A program made the position numbers and the translations under genes. Below the pieces are notes generated by a model. That model saw only the letters and a program-made list of their open reading frames with translations. It did no database searches and had not been told where the DNA came from. A stretch of 64,000 nucleotides of DNA from Coniocarpon cinnabarinum. Taxonomy: Eukaryota. The stretch is from positions 62,001 through 126,000 of the forward strand of contig JAVECO010000033.1 of assembly GCA_051942205.1 (NCBI GenBank), read 5' to 3'. Below, piece after piece: positions 1 to 12,147 of the stretch (position 1 is its first letter; every line of letters begins with the position of its first letter).

Positions 1-2
1 CT

Positions 3-437
3 CTCTGGATCCCGGGCCTTGTTATCATGCCAATCGGTCTCGGCATATTTGGTGCTGGGCTAGAATACCATCTACACTACATGATACTTGCTTTAGGTGC
101 TTTTCTAATAACCTTCAGTGCATTGGCGGTTCAGCCCGTCGCATTGAATTACGTGGTAGAGTCTTTCGAGCGTAATCCAGAAGAGGTAGGACTTTGTATG
201 AACGTGTGGCGATTGGCTTTCGCCTTGGCTATACCATTCTTTTTGCAGCCCTGGGAGGCGGCTGTGGGCCTTGGCTGGGTGTTCGGCATCTCTGCATTCA
301 TCAGTGTCTTTGCATTTGGGCTGATGCTATCCTTGATGGTGGTTGGACGAAAGCTGAGACTTTGGAGCATTGGAAATACAGGAGCTACGATCGAAGAGGT
401 ATTGGAAGAGAAGGTGATATCTGTTGAGTCAGCATAA
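3..437 (+). CDS. MFS transporter, C-terminal part (5'-truncated by window edge)
   Basis: Frame is open from the window start. Four hydrophobic helices (MPIGLGIFGAGL..., ALGAFLITFS..., WRLAFALAIPFF..., GWVFGISAFISV...GRKLR) are typical of the last TM segments of fungal MFS proteins. Confidence 0.75.
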   Translation, partial: LWIPGLVIMPIGLGIFGAGLEYHLHYMILALGAFLITFSALAVQPVALNYVVESFERNPEEVGLCMNVWRLAFALAIPFFLQPWEAAVGLGWVFGISAFISVFAFGLMLSLMVVGRKLRLWSIGNTGATIEEVLEEKVISVESA

Positions 438-1580
438 AGGCCAGGAGGGAGCGCGCCAGTTTTCTCCATGTGGGGAGCTCTATCAGCTTGCAACTATGCT
501 GCTTTTGTCATGTATGTGAGGTGCCAGAACGTTACTAGGTACTTTATGCGAAACCAACCACTATTTATGCTCCTTTTTGGGGGATCACGCCCCCCCCAAA
601 AGGAATGTTTGCGCCCCGGAAGCGCCCCAGAAATCGCCGTCACATGACAGATCTTGCGTGATTACGTAAGCTCGCGGCAAGATCCGGGCGCCCAGCCTAT
701 GCTAGATTTTTCTGTGGTGTGGATTACTCCGTACTACTTGAAACTCGAAGACTGTTGTATGCTTAGTGAATATCGTTTCCTCATGTGTGGAGAGGGCTTG
801 CAGAGCGAAAATGAAAAGGAGCTACCAAAGCCACCGAACATGGCGGCTTTATTGCGACGGCTGTTTATTGGTCATCTTTTTTGACACTCGACAACGCCGT
901 GATGGGTTTCAATTTGATTTGCAAGCCTCCATTTTTGGGCGAAGAACTGATAGGCCGACGTTAATACTGTTGAGCTTTTTGTCGACTGATCCATGGCTGG
1001 GCAAACGATGACATAGATACGATTGTGCCTACAAGCTGATGAGGCGGTAACGTTCGAAACAACGCGTCACCCCATTGAAATCAAAGGACGCGTCCACAAG
1101 CTACCTTCAGTCGTCCTTTGTGTGTGCTTGGACGGCGATGGCGCCTAATGCAGCTTGAAGTAATTGTTGGGGCTCCGCAATTAGGGCGTCATCGATCATG
1201 GCAGAAGGTTGGTTCATGTCCACTTTGGCCACTAGGAGCAGCCTTCGGTATGTTATTCTTAACATTTCTCTCAACGGTTGCTTGGTGCGTCATAAGATGT
1301 ACAGCGACGTCAAAGCAAGAAAAGCAAAGGGCATAAATGGACGCTGACAAAGGTCCGACGGGCACGGTTGTCGGCTTGCCGCCCCGTCGCTACAGACCAT
1401 AGCGGCAAGCCCGGGCAGGACCTTTGACAATCCCGACACATTTCCTCACATTTAGAAATAAATCTGCAGGACTTTGCAGTGCGCAACCAAGTCTGAAGCC
1501 CGTGTCCGCTGCTTGATAAATGCTATGTTGTCCAGTAAGCAAGCAGGAATGCAACCACCCAAAACGGCAAACCAGCACGA

Positions 1581-1613
1581 ATTGACATGTGATTGGCATG
1601 TGATTGACATGTG
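1581..1613. repeat. 3 x 11-bp tandem repeat ATTG(A/G)CATGTG
   Basis: attgacatgtg-attggcatgtg-attgacatgtg, read directly. Confidence 0.9.
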
Positions 1614-2405
1614 ACAGCTCACAAGTCAAGGCCTCAGATCGGAGCCAATTGGCATCTGCGCAGGAGCCGTGCGAGAGTTGCGCTGACATGAAAGCCCTCC
1701 ACAAAAGATCGCATACGGGACCGTGGACGAAAGGACGGGACCCGGGGCGGACCTGAGCCAGATGGTCGTCGTCAAGACCCCACGGTGGGGTAGCCAGGTT
1801 GGTGGGCAGCAGTAAGCAAGGCATCTCCTGCACTCGGACAGAGGCTTGCATTTGCTGCCAAACGTTGGCCAGGAACGTCAGCGCCCTGCATGCCACTAAT
1901 CCAAGGATTGTCAGCTTGGGCAAGAACCTTATCACTTCGATCGGCTTTGCGTGCGCGTCGGGTGACATCAACGCGACCAGACTTCAACGTACGTGACGCC
2001 ACAACAATCGGTTCGGAGCACGTCAGACTGGGCCAGAGTCATCTGACACTCACACGATGAGTGTGTCATCAACGTCCGGGCCGTCGCTTCAGCGCTGATC
2101 GGGCACGCGAGGAAGAGAGAGGTTTCAGGCGGCGGGCTATGTCAGGCGAGCCCGGCCGTAGGCTGATATGAAGAACGTAGCGTTTTGGCCCCCCAGCTCC
2201 GCCCACCACCCTCCCTCCCTCAGGCGGTTCGCCCGTCGATCTACTGCCGCGCAGGCAACCTATTCATAACCACCCTTCCCTTACTGCTCTTCTTCGACCC
2301 TTATTATGCACCTTGCCGCCGTTATCGCTCGCCGCACCTGGTTCCACCTCATCTTGCTGACGATCAATTGACTCGCCTTCCACATACTTCCCAGCATCAA
2401 TCAAC

Positions 2406-2780
2406 ATGGGCTCCTGTCTCTCAGCTTGCGATCCCGAGATCCAGCGCGAAAGGCAACGACGAGCCAACTATGCGCATCGCCGCATGAGCAAAGGCTACTC
2501 AGGCTACACATCGTATCAGAATGCGCCTCCTCGCACCTACTCTGCGCCAGTCGCAGGGCCCATGGTCAACACCTTCGTTCCGCGACAATCCAGAGGCGGC
2601 GTGAACTTCTACAGCGACTACTACAGTTCACGTATTTCACCATCCGGAAGGAGGCGGTCCTCCTACAAAAGCAGCGACTTGAGCTCGTCGTCATCCTCAA
2701 GTGACGAAGAAGCGCGCCGAGTGTCCTCGCCAAACTACGCAAGACGACGTTCCTCGCGCCGCTACAGCTCTTACAGCTAA
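2406..2780 (+). CDS. small Ser/Arg/Tyr-rich hypothetical protein with putative N-terminal acylation motif
   Basis: 124-aa ORF with good start context (tcaacATGG), N-terminus MGSCLSAC and a low-complexity S/R tail. No recognised domain. Confidence 0.5.
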   Translation: MGSCLSACDPEIQRERQRRANYAHRRMSKGYSGYTSYQNAPPRTYSAPVAGPMVNTFVPRQSRGGVNFYSDYYSSRISPSGRRRSSYKSSDLSSSSSSSDEEARRVSSPNYARRRSSRRYSSYS

Positions 2781-3777
2781 CGGGAAGACACATCGCCTTC
2801 GACTCGGTTGTATTTATAGCACGGCGTCTGTCTTGGGATGCGGTTTGAGCGGTCACTCATGTTTGCGCTTGATATTCGTGGAGTTCACAGAAATTGTGTT
2901 GCGGCCACTCTATCGATGTCCTAGTGGATTCTTCGTCACACCGAATGTACATTGACCGACCAGCTACACGCTTGCCAACTTCTATAGTCCTCCTCATGGC
3001 TACGGAGAACAGCAGTGCATTCATTCGGACTCGCAGCGTGTCTCATTCGATGATAGTGGAGCTTGTCATCTCACCACCTGAGCAGCCTGATCTCCAATGA
3101 CCAAGACTACGGTCACTGTCACCGAGGAATGCAAGCTCACGCTTGTTCAGGCACAAGTGGCGTACAACATCTCAAGTTGCCAACATGTGCTAGACTCGAT
3201 CATTCATCTCGGATCCAAGCCGAAGCTGGAGACGGTAGCTTTCCAGTCTGAAACTGCTACTGGTTTCAAAAGTTTGGGTCACTGCGCACAGCAAGTATTT
3301 GGTGATTGAGTTGGACGTCAGGTGACAGAGAACCCACAACACTGCGAGGCCGTGGATGTGATTGTGCACAGTGTTGAGACCACCTCATTTGGGCGACATT
3401 GGGATTGTATTACTGATTTGTTCGGGATCTGTGTATGTGGTTTGATTGTTTTATGATGTTTATGATTGATGGCACGGTTTTGGACTCCGCAGATACCCCT
3501 CAGATGAATACATCTTCTACGCCTCTTTCGAGACGCTATTCAAACGACATGCGAATGCCTGTCAACTAGTGCTGCGACATATGCTGCCGTGACTCGTTCT
3601 CGCACCGGTCGTGGCAAAACGTGACGTCATTCTCAAGGTTCCGTCGCCTCTTACCAGAAAATCATACAAGCAACATAGCTAAAGTACTGAGCGAGCGACT
3701 CTGTTCTCGCTACCGTTGTAGCTTTCTTGAATGCTTCATTGCTCACCGAGCTTTGGCATTGTGAGCACAATAGCACA

Positions 3778-4653
3778 ATGTCGACGCCACAATCCCTCCT
3801 CACACGTTTACCACTACCTCATTCACCAACCGCAACTCACGCTTCTATCCCACAAATCCATCTGGGCCTCTACTTGACCTCCGGCACGACTACACATAAT
3901 AGCACTCTCCATGCCCTCCGTGCGGGCTATCGTGCCTTCGACTCGGCACAAATGTACGGCAACGAAGCGGAAACAGGCCAAGCCATAACATCATTCCTCT
4001 CAAGCCCAGAAAACACTGCAAAACTAAGACGAGAAGACATATGGTTCACTAGCAAACTTTCGAGCAATAGCTCATATGATGGAGCGCGCGCTAGCGTTCA
4101 GAAGAGTGTGAACCGTTGTGGCTTGGGATATATTGATTTGTTCCTGCTGCATTCACCTTACGGTGGCAAGGCCGCGCGACTGGAGTCCTGGCGCGCTGTT
4201 GAAGATGCCATTGACGCAGACGAGGTTAAAGTAGGCGGCGTCAGCAATTTCGGGGTGAAGCACATACGCGAATTGCTGGCTTCAAAACCTCGCTACATTC
4301 CCGCCGTCAATCAAATCGAGGTGCACCCATTCAATACACGACAGTCCATCGTCGACGAATGCACAAAGAATGGCATCATCGTTGAGGCTTATGCGCCATT
4401 GGCTCGAGCACTGCGGATGAAACATCCTCTCATTCAAGAGCTGAGTAAGAAGTATGGCTGCGAGCCGGGTCAGCTGCTTGTGCGATGGAGCGTGCAGCAT
4501 GGGTATGTGCCGTTGCCCAAGAGCGAGAAGCAAGAACGGATCGTCGGGAATGGTGACGTGGGTGGCTTCAACATCGATGACGGTGATATGAAAAAGCTGG
4601 ATGCTTGTGATGAATATCTGGTGACTGACTGGGATCCCGTCGACTGTCCCTGA
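3778..4653 (+). CDS. aldo/keto reductase
   Basis: Motifs GYRAFDSAQMYGNE, WFTSKL, YIDLFLLHSP, GGVSNF, PAVNQIEVHP, EAYAPL and PLPKS. First ATG at 3778; intronless. Confidence 0.93.
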   Translation: MSTPQSLLTRLPLPHSPTATHASIPQIHLGLYLTSGTTTHNSTLHALRAGYRAFDSAQMYGNEAETGQAITSFLSSPENTAKLRREDIWFTSKLSSNSSYDGARASVQKSVNRCGLGYIDLFLLHSPYGGKAARLESWRAVEDAIDADEVKVGGVSNFGVKHIRELLASKPRYIPAVNQIEVHPFNTRQSIVDECTKNGIIVEAYAPLARALRMKHPLIQELSKKYGCEPGQLLVRWSVQHGYVPLPKSEKQERIVGNGDVGGFNIDDGDMKKLDACDEYLVTDWDPVDCP

Positions 4654-5808
4654 ACAACACGCATGTGCTAGTTCCATGCATAACGTTCTGATAAATGTGA
4701 TCAATGTCTCGGATAGCGCACAGCACTCCGACGGTACGACGGTCTATATCATCATCTGGATCGAAAGCCAATCTGTAGACTCTCTCCCTCTCTCTTCCTT
4801 TTAGCAGGCGCACTCACAAGCTATAATGGACCTAGGACTAAGAGGAAACGGCTGTCACAAGCGTATCAAAGGTCGGGATCAGAGATTGCAGCAAGGTAAA
4901 GAATCTTCCGGCGACGTCACTGTCAAGCGGTCAAATCAAACAACTTATATCTCCACACATCTGAAGGAGCCTTACCCCTATACCACCCGTCCATGGCATA
5001 ACCTCGTGTTATCTCAGCAAACGTACGAAGTCTCAACACCACTCTTGAAAGCGTGTTTGGTCTGCAGAGTCTGAACAGTCGAAGCGGAGACGTACATCGC
5101 AGTACATGCAAAGGCCAAAGAATTACGGCAGAGTGGCGACTTTTGATCCTCTAAAATGATCAGGAAATATTGATCCCAGCTGGTTATAGCACTCGAGATA
5201 TCCATTAGGCCAGCATAAGCACTGAAGTGATGAGCAGCAAAACGACGCCTATCTGCTCTTTCAACGGAATCCACAACTCTGCAGTCCTTGACTATGACGT
5301 GTTGATTGGTGGTCTTGTGTCACAAAACGCCCCAGTGGCAAGGCAGTGTGGCGGTTTCCAGTCCATCTACGCACCCATTCCGTGGACACGCACCCGATGG
5401 AGGTACTTAACAAGGTACATAGAACGCCTGTCCAAACCAAGTCGCAACGATGTAGTGACCTTATTCGTTGATAAGGTACCTTAGTATTTGCAACTTGTTC
5501 AACAACGTAATATTGAGCGAGCAAGCATATTTGCTGTACGATCGCCGATGCCATTGCCCCTCATCTGCTGTGATACGAGCATACTCGTAAGCAGTTAACC
5601 AGCAGTGAGTCTACCATTGGCCAAAGCCTCGAAGAATCGAAGCTTGTGGCAGAGTACACGCACGACTACATAAGTCTACCCAGTTCCTGACATACAGCCT
5701 GATATCTTCACTCGGCCTCACTGAGACGTTCTGCTCTTCTCCAGCCCTCAAGCCCGCACCGAATTCGCAGTCCAGCTTGAACCATTCATCTCCTCAGTAC
5801 CATCAAAG

Positions 5809-6147
5809 ATGACTTCAAAGCACACTTTTCTCGTCATACTCCCCGATAATCCCGATGCACACCAGAAACGCAGCGATGTGCGTCCGCAGCATATCGCCAA
5901 CATCAAACCCAAAGCTGAGCAGGGATGGGTCCAGCTTGGAGGGGCGTATCTCGAAGACATACCTGTGGAAGGAGCGGCGCCTCATCCCATAGGAAGCATG
6001 ATGATTGCGTACGCAGAGAGTAAGGCGAGCGTGATGGAAGAGTTGAAGCAAGATATCTATGCCACGAGTGGAGTATGGGATATGGAGTGCGTCCAGATCT
6101 GGCCGTTCAATTTGGCCATCATTGGAAAAGGATTAGTCAATGTTTAG
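5809..6147 (+). CDS. YCII-related domain protein
   Basis: 112 aa with the YCII pattern FLVILPD...R..VRPQH, GGAYL, GSMMI...AES, DIYATSGVWD. Confidence 0.85.
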   Translation: MTSKHTFLVILPDNPDAHQKRSDVRPQHIANIKPKAEQGWVQLGGAYLEDIPVEGAAPHPIGSMMIAYAESKASVMEELKQDIYATSGVWDMECVQIWPFNLAIIGKGLVNV

Positions 6148-6714
6148 GTAGGTTTGTTAGTGGGCCCTGAACCGGTCTACCTGATGTTACTATCATTCTT
6201 GCCCGACGAAGTTCGTTGACTGGATGCAGCTGTCACGTTGCTGCAAATGAACGACATACGTCAACAGGCAAGAGTACGACACCGGCAATGTCCAAGGCTC
6301 GTCAAGTCTCAATCCGGTCGACTGTGCTCGTTTTTCAGCGATGCTTGAGGTTAGACGGCTTTATGGTGTGTAGTCTTCATCAAACGGGGACTGAAGTGGC
6401 GGTCCAGTAAGATTATTTACAGCAGGTGTAACGCAAGATTGGCAAGCAGCTAGCTCGTGCATCACTTGAAGAGGCTGGCGCTCAAGCTCTCAACCCATGT
6501 CCGATGCGATCATGCAAGCAACTTTAGAGACAAGTGACACGTCAGTCATGAAGACCTTGACTTTCAACGCCGGTTTAGTACCTGGCTCGAATTTCAATAC
6601 GGTCCAACTCTGAATCATCAACTCATGACGGTCACTTGCAGCATGCAAGATGACGTCTAACGACTGAATATTATGTTGCGGTCGTCTTGCGGCCAGGGCG
6701 GTCAGGTACGGCCC

Positions 6715-7557
6715 TCACCACTCTGAAGCGTACTTGGTGATGATCCGTGCCACATCTTCTGGCCGAGTCCAGAACGCCCCATGGGACGCGTCCAAGTCTT
6801 CCACTTTCCACTCGACTCCACTCAAATTCATGTACATGTCTTGAGCCTGTGGCGGCTGACACTTGTCATGAGCGGTTCTGATGAAGACACGGCGATTACG
6901 GTATGCTATCGCTGACGCGCCCGGCTTCGATGACTTGGTTCGGAATGTGGCATACGCATGGGGCGTCATACTCGCTTCTAGCGCAGCGTGGTCCGTAGGA
7001 TCAGCGTCTTCGTAGAGGGTCTCGATGACCGGGTCGATGACAGCACAGCCCAGGCGTGGCTATTGAGAATGGTATGTTAGCAGATCGAAGAGATGAAATT
7101 AGGGCCGTTGTTTGTTGTGTGTGTGCAGGTGACCTACATGATCGATTTTGAAGAACGGCGGCCAGCTTTCACCGAGGAGCTCCATGATATATTTGTTTTC
7201 AGGGACCATGGTGCCTGCGAGATAGATCAAGCCGAGGACGCCGCCTTTGCGGCCGGTGTCGTGACGAACGCTTCGAGCCAGTCCGTCGACGGCTATGCCT
7301 GCGCAAAGGGCGCCATAGGAGTGAGCGAAGACGATGACGTCTTTACCTTGGTCCTCAATCAGAGGTATCAAGTGTTGTGTCTTGATATGCTCGGCATCTA
7401 TAGTGCAAGAGCAGCTGGCCGCGTCTGTGGGGTCGACGCTGAGTAGCGGCGCCGCCACAGTTTGATAACCTTCAGAGGTGAGGAGTGGCGTCAGCTTGTC
7501 ATAGCATGATGGCTTGGCGAAAGCTCCCGGCACGAGTAGAATGGTCGGCTTGCTCAT
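6715..7557 (-). CDS. alpha/beta hydrolase (Abhydrolase_6 type), 2 exons
   Basis: Exon 1 7557-7138 (MSKPTILLVPGAF...AHSYG...GLIYLAG), intron GTAGGT...CTAAC...TAG 7137-7060, exon 2 7059-6715 (candidate catalytic Asp in DKCQ and His in SHGAF). Confidence 0.88.
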
Positions 7558-8224
7558 TTTCCGCCCGCAATGATGCAATGCACAATGGGACGAGCGAGCT
7601 TGAAACAACTTTGTACGTCCAGCAAGGGATGAGAGGCTGTGAAAAGCAGGAAATAGCGTAGTCGTGCGGCGATGGCCCCAAATATTTGCAAGGCAGTGGT
7701 GAACACCGCAGGTTCATTGTGACTGCGTGTCTCTATCGCCCGTGACTTCCTAAAGAGCAGATATTGCAGGGATCCATACGCAATGGATGTCTCCGGGGTG
7801 ATTGACACACCCAGTAGATTTTGTCGCTCAGCCCCATCCACCGCTGCTTCCAATAGACTGTTGAAACGGTCGGCGGACACAAGGCAAACACGAGGCAAGG
7901 GCTCAACGCCACGCAGTCACAGCATCGTCCACAAGCATGTGCAGCCCATGAGGCATATCCAAGGATCCTCGCCCGCGGACAGAACCAGTATGTGTGTCGT
8001 CGCACAGCAGTGAGTCCTTGGTCCATATCTGTCAGCTGCAGGCAAGAGAGACCTGCCGCCACTCGTATAGTATTGATGTCTTCTATACTCCTCCTGCAGC
8101 GTGATGCTCCTACGATTATCACTCTTGGCGCAGAATGACGGCAGCATTACTTATTTCCCCTCCCTAATCCGGATTCCGATCTCTCTCGGTACACACGGCC
8201 AGTAGTGACCGGCGCAGAGACATC

Positions 8225-9536
8225 ATGTCGCAACCTTCGGGCAAAGCCCACTACAATCCGGCCGATAGCAGAGTTGAATTGCTTCAAGCATCTGGTATAA
8301 CTACCTACGTGCTCGGTGTGATTGCAGTCGTACTACGCCTATTAGGTCGACGCCTGAGAGGGACGTCGTTGTGGTGGGATGATTGGATGGTCCTGGTTTC
8401 CCTTGTACGACACCCGTAGCGTTCTCAGACTTCAGCAGCGTTGAATGATTTCCAGATTCCGGCAACAGTCTTCCTGGCCAATATCTTCGTCTGTGAGTAG
8501 TTATGTGTTGTTGCCACGCCACGATTACATTGCTCACCACAACATTGCAGGGATCCCAAAAGGCCTGGGACGTCACTATGACTACTACGGCCCGCAGGTA
8601 CTCGAACAATTCAACAAGCATCTCTTCATCGGCGAACTGTCATACACCTTAGTCCTTATGACACTCAAGTATGGCTTCCTGGCCTTGTACTGGCGCATCT
8701 TCGACCTTAGGAGCATGCGCGTTGCTGTTATAATCATGTCCACCATCGTTACAGCCTGGGGCCTTGCTGTTGTTAGTTTGTTCCGTGCCTCTCCATTGAT
8801 CAGGAGCTGACAAACTTGAGATGATTACGAGCTGCCTGCAATGCATTCCGACCCGTGGTTTCTGGGACAAATCCATCACTGCTACCTGCCATGTGAATAC
8901 CAACATGTTTTTCATGGGGGTCACCATCTCGAACATTATCTGTGATGTTTTCATCGTCGCATTACCAATCCCATTTGTATTCAAACTTCAGACAACGCAC
9001 TGGCAGAAGTTAGGTGTCTCAAGCATGTTCCTTCTTGGGGGATTGTCAGTATCCTCAATCCAGTCTACGCAGTCAAACTACTCACAAACTCATCTTTCTG
9101 CAGTGTCGTTTTTGGCTCAACTATGCGCCTAATTTCCGTCGTCGAGGAGCCAAATAACCCAGACGTAACGTGGACGTTCGCCGTCGTCGCTATTTGGACG
9201 ATGGTTGAGGTCAATCTCGCAATAGTCTCTGGTATGCCACGTTCCGAAGCAGCTTCCCAGTCCCAAGCAAACTTAACAAATATTGCAGTGAATCTGCCCT
9301 GCATCGGGCCCTTATTCACGTACGTTTTCCAACACGTCCCTACGAGCAGCTTGAGAAGCTTGTACTTTGGGTGGCGGAGCCGTCACGACTCTACCCAACA
9401 GATTGAATTGCAGCCAGAACGCGCTCGCGGTCCATCTCAAAGCCACGCGCGCTTCCCGCCGAAACTACCGAAAGGACATCGATCAGAATACGACATGCTT
9501 GACGATGATATCTCGTCGCCTTTTTTGAGGGATTGA
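8225..9536 (+). CDS. PTH11-like integral membrane protein (fungal rhodopsin-domain family, no CFEM), multi-exon
   Basis: Family motifs across several short introns: VVLRLLGR...LWWDDW, GLGRH, LKYGFLALYWRIF, CLQCIP...FWD, NIICDVFIVALPIP...LQ...KLG...FLLG, WTMVEVNLAIV...LP. Confidence 0.88.
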
Positions 9537-10599
9537 AAAAGACGCAACATTAATCTGCTTTGATACATGGAGCAAAGTAGTCTAGAAATTTGGTTCATAC
9601 ACAATTGAACAGCACAGCATTAATGCATTGTAATAGCAAGACTGTCGATGGAATACGGCTTTTGCAGCATGCTGTGTGATATCGCGTATTGCTAATGAAC
9701 ATCCGTTTCGGGATTTTCTATGCGCAAGTAACGTACATCAGCATGTGCGAGGGTCACTCACTCCAGCAGCAAACCGTTGAGCCCTGTGGACGAGGCGAAA
9801 ATGTGCCATTGGATTGAGGATCGACGGGAGACAGCCTACCACCGGTCATCACAGATCCTTCAGAATTTCGTTGTTGACCACATGAGGAACGTTGTCTGCA
9901 TTGTCTGGTCAGACCACATTGGGATGGCGGATTCAGAGCGTTAGCCGAAAATGACTCTTGCAGGTATTTGCCTTTCAGCGGCCATGGATGCGTACCGTGT
10001 GGTCACCCAGCAAACAGCAGGATTTCATTGTCTCGGAAGTTGCCTTCAAGAAAGGTGCAGGCGACGCGCCACGAATCAATTTGACCATGTCGCCAGGCGA
10101 CTCAGCGTGTCAACGTGCCGTCGTGCCGTGATCCCGCGGAAGCAGGGCTCACCAATATCAAAGCCGTATCCGCGCCGTTGACCGTGGCTGCCTGATGTGG
10201 TTGCACAAGGCATACGTTGCATGAGCCATCCCACTTTTGCCATGGGCATTCGCGGTCAGATAACACATGTCAAGACCTGTGAGAGGAAGGGCTAATGCCA
10301 AAATCAGCTTGTGGGCCACCACTGGAGGCTCGCTCCTGTCCGTCAGCCCCACATCCGGGCGCATAATTCCAGGACGGTCCCGATCTCCGACGTTCACGCT
10401 GGTCCCAGTCCTGCTACATGGATATCAATGCAGCAGTCTGTGCCACATGCCGGCTCAGGCGGCCCAAATGACATCACATGCAGCTCTTGAATATGAGACG
10501 TAGAGAAGTCCAAGCGGAGATGTCAATCTTCACGCTGTTCTAGATCTCTTTCCCCTGCCAAGCATCCGCATTGCTGCACAACGGCTCGCATCAACCACG

Positions 10600-11678
10600 A
10601 TGTCAACTGCAAAGGAATACTTATTGAAGCGTGACTTTAATGCCTCCAGTCGTCTCACGGCGCAACATCTGCTCTGGAAAGACGCACTGGGTTTTACCAT
10701 TCATCCAGACATCCCCATCCCGCCGGCCGCGCGCGTTGCGGACATTGCCACGGGAAATGGAGTTTGGCTCTTGGATGTATCGCGCGAGTACTCCGGACGC
10801 ATTCACCAACTGGATGGATTTGACATCAGTCTGGATCAATGTCCCCACGAGCAGTCTCTGCCACCTTCCGTTCGCTTCCACGAGTGGAACTTCTTTGACG
10901 CCCCGCCACCTCAATTTATCGAGGCATTTGATGTCGTCCATATCCGCTTAATCACTTTTGTGATCAAAGACAACAATCCGATGCCCGTGCTTGAAAATAT
11001 CTGCCAATTGCTAAGTACGTCCATGGTATACCGCGTTGTTCACAGAGGTCTTTTTGACGAAGCTCTGTAGAGCCGGGAGGCTGCCTGCAATGGGATGAGG
11101 TTGATAACATGAGAAGCTGTGTACAAACCTACTGCGAAAAGATTCCGATGCTCTACAAATGTTTGGGTCAGCTGTCTGGCTGGATCAAGATACCGCAGTC
11201 CCCACCCAGGGATGATCAGTAAGCTACGATGATGGACGCTCTGTGAAGATGCAGCGCTCAGACATGCCATAGATGGAAGGAGACCCTTGTCGATCAAATG
11301 AAGCATATCCCGTACCTTGAAGACGGCAAGTTTTCCACGTACGAGTACGACAGTGTCACAGCGCGGCTGTGGACAGATCTGTGAGTGAGCGGTCGCCATC
11401 TTCTTCCCTTCATCCAAATTCTCTGTAACCCAATCCGATCGCTGGAATGACTTTGACGCAGCTATCTCTCTACCTGGAACGAATACGCAACCGGAGCTAT
11501 CAACGATCCGGAAGAGGTCAAGAGCCTCGGAGGAGGCGCAATGGATGAGGTGCGCGCGGGTGCGTCGATCCGTATGCCGATGATCGTGTGGACGGTGCGA
11601 AAGCGGGTGATCACGAAGACACAGGATGTGGGTGCTGCTATTCATGATGACGCGATTGGAGTACCGCCTATGATGTAA
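10600..11678 (+). CDS. class I SAM-dependent methyltransferase, 4 exons
   Basis: SRLTAQH, VADIATGNGVWL (motif I), LDGFDIS and FDVVHIR in exon 1; KPGGCLQWDE after the first intron (donor GTACGT near 11015); last exon ends ...MIVWTVRKR...PPMM* at 11678. Confidence 0.85.
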
Positions 11679-12084
11679 TGGCATCTTCGCTGTTCTTGGT
11701 CCCCATATTCTAGACGCGCTCTAATCTGCCACATGGTCTTCGATCTGCCAAATGGGCTTTGCGAGCCTCAGTCTGCTCGGGCCTGGAGGCGGATGTAGAC
11801 CATAATTTCTATATATGGAAGCCTTCGCCATTACTGGCGGACCTCTTGAGTTCTTAGCATAGATTCTGTAGGGTTGACTTGGCTTGGCGGAGGCAGTGAG
11901 AAAGAGTTTGCACGTCAAGTCGAACTCGGAGCGAGGAGAAAGAATTCGATTCACTGATATTGGATACTAGATAATCTTCGCAAATTACCATAATTGCGCT
12001 AAACACGCGTCGCGCACCCGGTCACGTGCCTCACAGAGCCCGCACGAACTAGATTCTTTATATTTCCGGGATCCTTTTCTTTTC

Positions 12085-12147
12085 ACTAAAGAACCCGTTA
12101 GTCACACTAAAGAACCCGTTCGTCATACTAAAGAACCCGTTCGTAAC
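12085..12147. repeat. 3 x 21-bp tandem repeat (core ACTAAAGAACCCGTT)
   Basis: actaaagaacccgttagtcac / actaaagaacccgttcgtcat / actaaagaacccgttcgtaac. Confidence 0.95.

Noticed and set aside
1390..1971. 193-aa minus-strand ORF
   Set aside because: No motif and atypical composition; overlaps the 11-bp repeat; probably non-coding
4923..5554. Chain of short minus-strand ORFs suggesting a pseudogene
   Set aside because: Could not be spliced into a coherent frame and shows no recognisable motif
12085..12147. CRISPR-like reading of the 21-bp repeats
   Set aside because: No unique spacers of meaningful length, only three units, eukaryotic context and no cas genes
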